Assembly (NCBI RefSeq): GCF_037042905.1
Contig: NC_087250.1
Span: forward strand, 6,388,001 to 6,452,000
From: Lytechinus pictus
Taxonomy: Eukaryota
Length of the DNA stretch: 64,000 nt
Direction: 5' to 3'
Shown one piece after another: positions 41,590 through 52,385 of the stretch; the first letter of the stretch is position 1, and each line of letters opens with the position of its first letter. A program made the translations under genes and the position numbers. Below the pieces are notes generated by a model. That model did not search any database. It was not told the DNA's origin and saw only the letters and a list, made by a program, of their open reading frames with translations.

Positions 41590-41711
41590 TACACTACCAG
41601 TCGCGGTTTTTTGGTCCGCTGTTGGCTGTCTTGTTGGAGCCGGAGAACAGTGCATTGTTCTCTGGTTCTCGACGGGTGACAGCGGCCCGAGGAATTGTGA
41701 CTGGTAGTGTA
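41590..41711 (+). other. Long G-U-rich RNA hairpin at the start of the LINE 3' UTR
   Basis: TACACTACCAGTCGCGG... pairs with ...TTGTGACTGGTAGTGTA over ~55 bp with about a dozen G-U pairs and almost no true mismatches. Confidence 0.75.
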
Positions 41712-42653
41712 AGTACCATATTTTATTGTATTTTTTTGTATTTCTTGTAAAATAGTGTTGTGTGATATGATGTGATTTTGTTAATGTAAAAACCTGTATC
41801 TTTTGATATTTTATGAATGATAAAGTACCTCAATTGAGGATAAATAGAAAAAAAAAATATGCATTCTGGGAAACTAGGTGTGGACTTAAAAAAAAAATAA
41901 AATAATATATATGATTGAACTTAATATCGTGCAGAAACCAATGAACAGATTGAAATCTCTGAACCAACTCACATATTGATGAGCTGTGACCTTTGGACTC
42001 AGAATTCAAACTCAGCCTGTATTTTGGTGTCATCTACCTACATACCAAATTTGTTAACATCCATTAAAAATTTTTTTGTTATTGCACAGAAACCAACTTG
42101 CATATTTAATGAGCTGTGACCTTTGACCTGCGGACTCAGAATTCGAACTTAGCCTGTATGTTGTTGTCATCTGATTACACACCAATTTTTTTCAAATCCA
42201 ATAAACATTTTTGGAGCTAGTGCGAGGATACAAACTTGCATAGTTAATAATGAGCTGTGACCTTTGACCTACGGACTGCGAATTCGAACTTAACCTGTAT
42301 TTTGGTGCTATGTACCTACACACCAAACATTTTTTTAAATCTATTAAATATTTTCAAGTTATTGCATGGAAACCAACTCACATATCTAATGAGCTGTAAC
42401 CTTTGACTTGCAGACTCTGAATTCGAACTTAGCCTGTATTTTGGTGTCTTGTACCTATTCACCAAAAATTGTTTTAATCCATTAAACATTTTTCAAGTTA
42501 TTGCTCGGAAACCAAGTGGGGAACGGACGGACATGGGCAATTAACGCTCAATGCCCCCTCTGGACTTCGTCTGCAGGGGGCATAAAAAGCCTGAATTGTC
42601 ATGTAAGTATCACTGGTGCCATCTCACTATTACTTTTCTACTTTCAACTTGCT

Positions 42654-42892
42654 ACATTGTAAAAACTGTGGTGTTAAAACTGACACCAGTAGGTGTCTAT
42701 AGAGGACCACACTCTGAAGTGTTAAAATTACACACTAGAAATTGAATACAACACCAAAGGGTATAAATATAACAACCAAGGTGTTGCAATAACACCTATA
42801 GGGGTCAAACTAACACTGCCAATTTAACACTGGTGTAAAATAACTGGTGTGGTCCTCTATGTATGCCAATTAACACCACAGTTTTTGCTGTG
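42654..42892. mobile_element. MITE
   Basis: TA|CATTGTAAAAACTGTGGTGTTAA ... TTAACACCACAGTTTTTGCTGTG|TA. Confidence 0.7.
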
Positions 42893-45260
42893 TAACAACC
42901 CCCCCCCCCACCCTCAGGTCCACCATAAATGTTCCAGAATCTACTTAAAGATTCCACATTTAAGGACGTTCCACAGTTATGCTTGTGCGGATATGATCTG
43001 CGCATAATTTACACTCTGCGCGCTGACGTCACAATGGATGAACAGGTGATTAACTAGCTGCGGGTACGAGCTGATTTTTCTCATCTTCTGCACTTTAAAT
43101 GCAGATCCGCTGCGTTATTTCATGAAGCTAAAAAATTGAATTATTCCATGGACCATTCAAAAAAAAATCTATACAATTTCAAAATACTTTACTCTGTAGT
43201 GCTGCCAAGAATCACGAATATTACCCCGAGTTTGAATAAATGGTAGTGATTTTGATTTTTTCTCACATAGATACAAAGAATTCGGCGCATTTTTGGTGTT
43301 TTAAAAAGCACATTTGCTCTAATAAAAATGCTGATAGTTTAAAAACAAGCACATGAACCCCCATTTTTTAATGTTTGTACCTCTTAGGCATACCTTCTTC
43401 TACAACTCTGCAAATTTTGGTGAAAATGACATGGATTTTGAATAAAGTGCAGCATTTATTATACGTTTGTAGTTTCTTACTGAAATTTCAAATTTTTTTG
43501 CACAGTTTACGATCGCATGCAGCTTCAAAATGATAGTATACCCCAAAGAAATGTTTATTTGTATGTTGACAGTCATCTTGTTTCATGCAGTCCTGTTATC
43601 CCCATATTCTGTAAGATCTTGCTTAATGGTAATAATATTTCACTATTATGCCCCACTCTAAAATTATGGATCTAAAATTATGTACTTTTAATTGTCGAGG
43701 GATTCAAGATTATGTGAAAAGACGTAAAGTGTTTCATTATTTAAGATCCATCCAAAGTGACATTACTTTTCTTCAAGAAACCCACTCGTTAAAAGCAGAT
43801 GAAATATTTTGGAAACAGCAATGGGGTGAAAAAGCATGGTTTTCTAGCTATGCATCAAATAGTCGAGGGGTAGCCATTTTGATCCGGAACCATGTATCCA
43901 TGGAAATAGAATTACTTTACTCTGATCCTAATGGGAGATACCTGATAATATCTGCAAAAGTAAATGGGTTGCCCCTTATTTTAGTCAATTTATACGGTCC
44001 GAATAATGATGACCCTGACTTTTTTCTTCAAGTTTTTAGTAAGATAGAACAATTTAACTACACTTCAATGATTTGTGCTGGCGATTTTAATGCGGTCTTA
44101 GGTTCTCTGGATTATCAAGGGGGTAAGGTCACCAAATCAAACAAGAAAGCAAGTGATATGTTATTATTATTGATAGAAGAGTTTAATCTTTGTGATATTT
44201 GGCGTAATTTTCACCCAAACCTTAAGCAGTATACGAGGCATCAAAAATCCCCTAAAGTTTTATCAAGACTTGATTTCATTCTTGTTTCAGATAATTTTGT
44301 CACTAATTGTGTGTAATCTAAAATAGTTCCAGGAATTCAATCTTATCATTCTCTTGTTATTCTAAAATTTAAAGACGCTCAGCCAGTAAGGGGTCCAAGC
44401 TTCTGGAAACTGAATTGCAAGTACTTGCACAATGATGTAAATTTTATCGAAAGTGTTAAAGAGAAAATTGAAGAGTTTAAATTAGTTCATTCTGCAAGTG
44501 ATTGTAACCCCAATATTTTATGGGACTCTCTTAAATGTACAATTACCGGTGCATGTATAGAATACTGTGCACGCAAAAAGAAAGAAAAGAATTTAGCGAA
44601 AAGACATCTTTTGAAAGAAATAGAGGATAAAGATAATAAATTAAGTATTGATGTAGACAATGATGAGCTTTTTTTAAAAAAAAAGAGTTTTTACTGCAAG
44701 CATTAAATGACATCTTAGATGAAGAAACTCAAGGTTTAATTGTTCGGTCTCGAATCCGATGGGCTGAAGAAGGAGAAAAGAGTTCCAAATATTTTTTGTA
44801 ATCTTGAAAAACGAATGGGAGAGAAGAAAAGTATTTTTAAATTAAAAAACGAAAACGATGATATTATTGTCAATCAACCCATTATATTGAAAGAAATTCA
44901 TTCATTTTACGACACATTGTATAGGAAGCCATGCAATGCTGATAATTCAGATGAATCAAGTAATGTAATTAATCATTTTTTGCAATCTATTGAAATTCCA
45001 CAGCTAAGTGATGTCGATAAGGATTTTCTTGAGAAGCCTATTTCTAAAAAGGAACTATATGATACACTGACATCAATGAAGCACAACAAATCACCAGGTC
45101 TTGATGGCTTACCGGCAGAATTTTATATTGTATTTTGGAAGGATCTGTCTGATATGCTATTAGACTCATTCAATTTTTCCTTACAAAATGGGTTAATGTC
45201 GACCTCTCTAAGAAATGGCGTTGTTACTTTGATCCCCAAGAAGGATAAGGACACTTCCTA

Positions 45261-45447
45261 CGAAAGAACAAACAAGTCGACAGACAAGGCGTACAATTGA
45301 ACTCTTCATTTAACACGAACCGCAGCAGGTAGGAGATGCTACCGAAGTGCATACAAAGCACGCAAAAACAGTGAAAACACTTCAACAAGCCAAAGCGACC
45401 ACAAGGTGGCGCTATCACATAAAATACGCAACACACAATTAATGGCG
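45261..45447 (-). repeat. 3' LTR
   Basis: Direct repeat of 51432-51615, preceded on the minus strand by AGAAGGAGTGAAGAAGGGAAAG-TGATCA. Confidence 0.95.
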
Positions 45448-45894
45448 TGATCACTTTCCCTTCTTCACTCCTTCTGGGGGGGGGGGGGTATGATATAACA
45501 GAGATTGCGGAGACACAGATAAACCGAAAAAATGAAAACCTGTAAGAGTGAGTTATAGCCGGTACAAGCATGAGGTACAATCATGACCACAATATTGAAA
45601 GGGAATATGACATAATTGAAAAACAGTTTGTCCATGATAACCACCAGATAGGTACATCACCTATAGAGCTGGCGAAGAAGGGAATGCTTCACACAAAATG
45701 TTCGTTGGAAACACAAGCAAAAAGAACGGGTGAATGACGGAAAGGCAACAATAACCGTCATACTGGAAAATAACGCGACAACCAACTGTGACATCCTAAG
45801 CGTAAGTCCAAAAAGGTAAACGTCACATATAAACGGGGCAAAGGGAGGGGGAGGGGGGGGGTCGATTAGTCACAAATAAAGTCCTCGAAACGAG

Positions 45895-48800
45895 CTAGCA
45901 TGCGTCGACGACGCTGGGGGCGTTGCAGGACAGGGGGGCTACTGGGCGGTGAGGGGGGAGCGTTGTCACAGGTGGAGAACCAGTGGCAACCTCATCATCG
46001 TCGCTCTGTTGGGGATCCGCGGAGTCCAATCGAGGCCGGGAAGGGAAACCAGGCACCTTCAGACAGTCTGACGTCTTCACACGATAAGATGAGTCACGGA
46101 GCTGGGAGCCAACAAATTTCCGTCAACAGAGCCGACAAGGTAGCGGGGGCGTGCCTGAGACTTGGTGCGATCACCACGAAGATTGACCAGGTCGCCGACC
46201 TCAATACTTACATCACCCGGAAGGAGGCCGGATGGGGTCTTCGCACGTTCACTGTGGGGGTGGTTAGCCATACGCTGGTGATGCTGACTGGCGATGAGTT
46301 CTTCGTCAGAAATGGGAATCTGGGCATGGGAGAATCGGTCGCATTGAGTCCATATCTCACGCGCTGACAGGCCTCGCGAACGAAGACCGCTGTTTAAGCG
46401 GGCTGTGGCCAGAGACAACGTCAAAGGAGAGAGGGGCTCGCCGCGAGGAGCATGGCGGAGCAGCTCGTCCTGAAGCTCGCGTATGGCCTTCTCAGCAACC
46501 TGGTTCTTATTGGCATTCTTGGGGCGGCCGAGCTCGATGGATATGCCAAGTGAAGCAAGCTGGTGGTCATCCCGTAAGGAGGAAAAACCAGGGGCAGTAT
46601 CAGTTCGAATGACAGCATGGGGGCCATCGAGTGGATGGAGCTCAACACATAGACGAATGAGAGCTTCACGAAGAGTATCCCGGCGCTCATCAGCAATGAG
46701 GCAAGTAGCTGTGTATGAGGATACAGATTCACGGAGCACAAGGATCAACTGCTTTGCCCGCTTAAGAACATCTGCTGCGAAGTTAACGCCGACAACTTCG
46801 GGGGGATCGCCAGAGGACTGAGAGGCAATTGTAAAGGGAGCAGTGCGGAGAGAAGCACACTGGTGGCATCGATCAGTGACTTGCTTGATGGCATGATCCA
46901 TATCCAGGGCGAAGAAGTGCCTGTTGACAACAGATTTGAGCTGGCTCTGTGTTGGGTGATCAGGTTGGAGGTGAATGGATGTGAGGATACCAGCAAGGAC
47001 GTTCCGAGGCACAATAATGCATTCACGTGGGGGAAAGGAGGGGAACTTCTCTACGCACCACAAGGAGACCGTCACGTGCTATTGTGGCGACGCGAAGATA
47101 TCGCTTGACATCCTTGATGTCAGTCAATTTCTTGGATGGACGCGTCCCCTGATGGAGGTGGGCATGAGTGCGTCGAAGATCAGAACATTCGACCTGGATG
47201 CTGTGCCAGGCCGACCGGGACGTGAAGGGTAGTTTCTCTCGGCCAGCAAGGACTTCACTCGGTGTGATCCGGTGGACAACGGAATCTTCGGTTGTGTGGA
47301 TGAACAAGCAAATCTGACACGAGGGATCAGTGCAAGGAGTAGCATTGCGACTGGCAAAGTCAGAAGGGATGTTAACAGCACCAGCCAGGTGCTGGATAGA
47401 ACACTGATACCTACTGACATTAGAGAGGAAGGTATATACCCGAGGACTTGCAGAGAATGCACCACGACACAGCTTCTCAAAGGCTTGGACGCAGGGTTTG
47501 CTACCCGTGAGAATACACGAGCGGTGACGGGATTGGACCATATATGGGCCGAAATGAGTACAAGCAGCCGTGATGGACAGGGCTTCGACTTCACAGGGCA
47601 ACCATGTGATCTGTCGCCCGCGCAGTTTTGCACTGTAAAAGCCAGCCAGATGATGTTTGCCAGCTCTGGTAACATACATAGTAGAGCTAATTCCATGGTT
47701 CCGGACAGCGCCATCCGTGACGATCCAAATCTGATCAGCTGGATGGGGGAGTGTAATGGTACGAGGAGAGGAAAGGGCATCTCGACAAGCCTGTAAGGCA
47801 TCGTGTAAGTCATCAGACCAGTCAATGCGGTCAGAAGAAGAACGGCCAGCAACAACAGCATCTAAGGGACTGAGCAACACAGCACAATGAGGAACAACTC
47901 GTGAAATCATCTTGTAGGCACCAATGAATGACCTCAGACCCTTGACAGTTTTGGGTAGGTCGCAAGAGGCCAGGGCTGCGACACGATGGGGGCTAGAGCG
48001 ACGAGTGCCCTGAGACCAGATCCAACCAAGAACGCCAGTCGACTTGGGGCAAACGACTGTCTTCTTTGGGGAAAGGCGAAGTCCAGCAGAACGGAGAGCA
48101 TGTAAGACACGAGTCCAATTATCCAATAGCTCATCGGGGGTATTTCTCCCACAAAACAAGTCATCGGCTAATTTGACAACAACACCTTCATGTAACAAAT
48201 CACCAAGAACACGACACATCAGATCCTCAAGAGCTGTTTCTGATCCAGGCATTCCCACAGCCGACCTAGTGTAAACCCTTACTCCGCGAAACGGGGTTAC
48301 CACACCACAATATTTCATTGAGACCTTCGCAAGGGGTATCTGGTAGAAGGCACTGACAAGGTCTGAGGTAATAAGGTATCGTCATTGACCAATATGGCGA
48401 AGGGTTGAGTCAACGTCAGGTAAGAGGGATGGTTGGGGCTTTGAGTAACGTCCAACATCGGCAAAGGCTGTTACGAGTCTAAAACCACCATTGGGTTTCT
48501 TCACCAAGAAAGAGGGATTGAGATACTCTACAGTAATGCCTACATCTTCTGGGTGGGCAAACACACCACACCGACCGAAGTTCAACGAGGGATGGGCGGG
48601 CATACATGGGCAAGCGACCCTTCCGCTGAGGAGGCTGGACCGGCCCCATGTTCACCACTGCCTCAAATGGACCAGCAGAACCGTAGTAACCTGTGAAAGC
48701 AGGATCGAACACGTCATCAAACTCAGAATGGAGCATGACAAAGTACTGCCGTAAGCTAGGAGAGAGGACGCTATCCGGATCTAAAGAGATAGCATCAGAG

Positions 48801-51221
48801 TGTTTAGTTACTCTAGGCACAGAGGGCTGTGGCTTGACCGGCTCAGGTACAAGTGTGCCAGATTTAGTTGGCTCATTAACATACACAGGCCTAACTTGAC
48901 AAAAATGCTCGTTCTTGCGGAGAAGGCGAGGCTCATCCGAGAGGTTTGGGATACGAACTTTTCCTGCCACGCTTGATACGATAAAGGGATTGGGCCATGA
49001 CTGGCGAGCGCTAGAAGGAACTTTCGAACTGACAACACGGGGTTCGAGGGCAACAGTCTCATGGGATAACAAATCAGCAGGAACTGTCAATTCAACAAAA
49101 TCACCAGGCCACAGGACGGTGGACTGCGGAGGGGCACGAAGGACATGTGCCCGACGAACAGAATGTGACTTCTTGTTAGACAAGGGTTTTGAGCCATAAG
49201 TAATCACTAAGTCATCGCCAATGCATATTTGGCGCTTAGCAGGCCGAACGCAGACGTCATTGAATTCCATGAAAGGAGTCCCAGCGAGAACTTCAACATC
49301 CAACTCATGAACAAAAAGGCCCTCAAACACAAGTTGCCGAGATTCACGTGAGAAGGTGAGACATGTTTCCCCTACTACATTGTAATTCCAAGGGAGATAC
49401 ACCATCCGCCTGATGTGCAGATTGCGAACTAGGTTTTATTTCGCCGCCAAGGGCTTGCACAGTTGCGGCACGAATCATGTTACCTGTGGCACCACTGTCT
49501 ACCGTAATACGGGTGGCATGGTGTCCAAAAAACGCATCAAAATACGGAGACTGGCGAATCTGTACTCGCAGGGCAGAAGTTTGAGACTGCTGAGGATTCT
49601 CGTCTGTGGGGCTGACGGTTGATGGAGATCGTTCAGGCTCCCTGGCATCACTGTCGTCGTCAAAGTCCTCGTCTCCAAAGATATTGGCGACTTGACGGGC
49701 TTTGGCTATGAAGCGACGATCTTGTTCAGGCAAATATGTGCAATCGCTAAGGTAATGAGTATCGGGCCAGCGCGCCTCGCGGCAAAGAGGGCGGTATTTG
49801 TTATGACGTGGTTTATTCGAATACTGTGATTTCGTTGTGCGGCGTGGTTGAGCCTGAGTGGGAAACTTGCTCATGCGTCCCTTCCGCTGAGGGAAAGAGG
49901 CAGTAGCACGCATAGCACGAGAGTTTTCGGTGGAGTAAATCTCACCGAGCAGGCTGTTGAGGGCTTGAGAAATCTCTGGCTTGAGAGACGAGAGAGATCG
50001 AGCACGCAGCTCAGTGCCATACCTCTGCTTTACCAGACGAGGGAGATCAGAATGGATCAATTGTAACCATTGGAGGACTAAAAAATTATCAAGTGTAGGA
50101 GTCAACTCTTCATCTTCTGAAATAAATTCACCATGGTGAGATATACCAGCATTAACCTTAAAGGAGAATGAAACTCTTGGAGCAAGTTAGCTTTTGTGAA
50201 AGCAGAAAAATCAAAGAATAAGATCAACAAAAGTTTGAGTAAAATAGGACTAGCAATAGAAGAGTTAGGAGCATTTGAATGTCGAGATCACTAATGCTAT
50301 GGAGATCCTCCCATTGGCAACGCAACCAAGATCTATGATATCACAGATGAACAACTCTCCCCTTTTGGACACTGAAAATACACCCCAAAACATCTATTTT
50401 TGCTCATTCTTATCATATGACAAACGATTCATCAATGATATAATGTTGTGAAACCTCTGTACTTGTCCTCTCATAAAGAGAACACCTCACCTTGTGATAG
50501 ATTCTATAATAAGTGAGAATATAAGTGAAATAAGTACTAAGCAATGAGGGAGTTGTACGTGTGTGACATCACAGATCTTGGTCGCATTGCCAATGGGAGG
50601 ATCTACATGGCATTAGTGATCTCAATATTTAAATGCTCATAACTTTCTTATTATTCATTCAATCTTCCTTAAACTTTCAACAATATGTTTCTTTGAATTT
50701 TTTCTTTGATATGGATTCAGCTGGTTTCAAGGGTTTCATTCTCCTTTAAGGAGATTATCATCAACAAAGGCAAGAATCCTTTGATACAAATCTTCTGGGC
50801 GTTCATCCGCCTCTAGCTTGATAACGCAAAAATCAAGGAAGTGGGCACCACTACTTTGAAAGCCATAATGTAGCCTGATCTTGCCCCAAATGTCACCCAG
50901 TGAAGTAGAATCACGGATTATAGAATTACGTGATATTATCGGGCAGTAATTCGCAATTTGCCCAACCATTAGCTCCAACATGCTCGCTTTCTGTTGGGCA
51001 GACCGCTTTGTCTCTGGCGGCTCGGAAATGGGGTCATTTGACATACCACGTAGTGGGTCACGTTTGGTTTTCTTATGCCATGTAAAATCGGTGCCTAAGA
51101 ATATTGCAAAGTTGGGATCGAGGGTGAGGATGTAAATCAAATTCTGCTTCCAATTCTCAAAAGATGTGACTGATTCGTTTTTGGTGAGACACCATTGTTT
51201 GGGTGCTCTGGGGGTAGCCAT
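45895..51221 (-). pseudogene. gag-pol: gag-pol polyprotein (frameshifted; gag split by MITE)
   Basis: Start [10 protein letters not shown]. Protease [27 protein letters not shown]...GMPGS...KLADDL; RNase H WIVTDGA...EVEAL...SDFASR; integrase H..H..C..C, FAAD, RTD, KNANKNQVAEKA. Confidence 0.9.
50162..50745. mobile_element. Kolobok-like MITE inserted in gag
   Basis: TTAA|AGGAGAATGAAAC ... GTTTCATTCTCCT|TTAA. Removing it restores DNLLKVNAGISHHGEFISEDEELTPTLDN in frame. Confidence 0.9.
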
Positions 51222-51421
51222 AGTTTACTTTTATTATTAGTGACACGAAATTGGATAGATGGGACTATGATACTTGATAGATATACCGTACCGTTATGCC
51301 GAGCCGTGTATGTGAGTGAAGGTTAGTACACTTACCCCCAACCAGCTAGAGTTGGATGCCTGACTGCTAAGCCAGCACGAAGACCGTTTGGGCAGTGAAA
51401 AGGCTAGGATCCGTTTCTGAA

Positions 51422-51431
51422 GCTGCCACCA
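51422..51431 (-). promoter_or_regulatory. Primer-binding site (probably tRNA-Leu)
   Basis: TGGTGGCAGC directly follows the 5' LTR and is complementary to the ...GCTGCCACCA 3' end of eukaryotic tRNA-Leu. Confidence 0.7.
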
Positions 51432-51615
51432 CGAAAGAACAAACAAGTCGACAGACAAGGCGTACAATTTGAACTATTTATTTAACACGAACCGCAGCAG
51501 GTAGGAGATGCTACCGAAGTGCATACAAAGCAAAAACAGTGAAAACACTTCAAAAAGCCAAAGCGACCACAAGGTGGCGCTATCACATAAAATACGCAAC
51601 ACACAATTAATGGCG
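51432..51615 (-). repeat. 5' LTR
   Basis: Direct repeat of 45261-45447; minus-strand ends CGCCATT...CTTTCG. Confidence 0.95.
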
Positions 51616-51841
51616 CTATTTGAAAAATGTTAGACCTATATCTTTGCTCACAGTAGATTATAACATTTTAGCCAAAACTCTTGCAAATCGTTTGAAAAAA
51701 TGTCTCACATATTTGATTCACCCTGACCAATCCGGATTCCTAAAGGGCAGGAATATTTGGGACAATATCAGGTTAATTAATTATATAATAGAAAATACAG
51801 AATTTAACCAAACTGCAGGTACAATTCTCCTTTTGGATATT

Positions 51842-52385
51842 GGATTGGATTGAAAATCACATTTATTTTCTTCAAACAGATACAAAATAATATTTGACAT
51901 AGTAACGAATACAGTATATATTTCGACACAATTTTGAAGGAGGCGAAAACCCGGAAAGCAGAGCTTGAGTTGGGGTCGCCAGATACAAATAAATAACAAG
52001 TTATGTACTGTAATGACATAATATGTAATTGCATATAAATAAGAAAGTTAAGAGTAGAAAAAGAAACACAGATGGAGAAAAGGGAGAGGAAATGTAGGCA
52101 TTAGAAGATAAGTTCATTTGAATAACAGAGTAAACTGGTCGCAATTACGTAACATTGGTACATGTATAAAGAGCTTGAGTGACATTTGTCTAGCAGAGCA
52201 ACAGGTAAGGCATGTGCATTAATTAACATTAGAAATGGAAGGTAGTTCAAGCATGTCAACATGTCGATTATCTCTGTCAGTGCTAGCATTTAAATAAAGT
52301 TTCATTTTATAAGAGAAAGATTGCAAAGAACGAGAGTTTTGTAGGCGGGCTGGTAAACTGTTCCAAAATTTTGGCCCAGAGTAGC
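51842..52385 (-). mobile_element. Strongly 5'-truncated L2/CR1-group LINE 3' end inserted in the L1 RT
   Basis: GGATATT duplicated at 51835-51841 and 52386-52392. Encodes RYSGPKFWNSLP...SF..KMK and ends in a short (CAATC)n tail. Removing it restores LLLDIQKAFDSV. Confidence 0.8.

Larger units (their letters stand above)
38443..41856 (+). mobile_element. 5'-truncated L1/Tx1-clade LINE
   Basis: ORF2 remnant, 3' UTR and A-tail, flanked by a 10-bp direct repeat ATATGCATTC (38433-38442, 41857-41866). Confidence 0.9.
38209..42588 (-). mobile_element. HINE-like family B element hosting a SINE and a LINE; ~120-bp tandem array at ~41930-42520
   Basis: Left end: TGTCC-AAA-GGACA hairpin then ATGCCCC. 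Right end: TGCCCCCT...AGGGGGCATAAAAA. GAGCTGTGACCTTTGAC units are repeated. Confidence 0.5.
45261..51615 (-). mobile_element. Full-length LTR retroelement with CG...CG LTR termini and 3-bp TSD (Troyka-like, Gypsy-related)
   Basis: LTRs at 45261-45447 and 51432-51615; CTA duplicated at 45258-45260 and 51616-51618; PBS; purine tract; gag-PR-RT-RH-IN on the minus strand. Confidence 0.9.

Noticed and set aside
45900..50066. Numerous plus-strand ORFs antisense to gag-pol (also 62352-63801)
   Set aside because: Shadow frames of GC-richer retroelement coding sequence, with no recognisable motifs.
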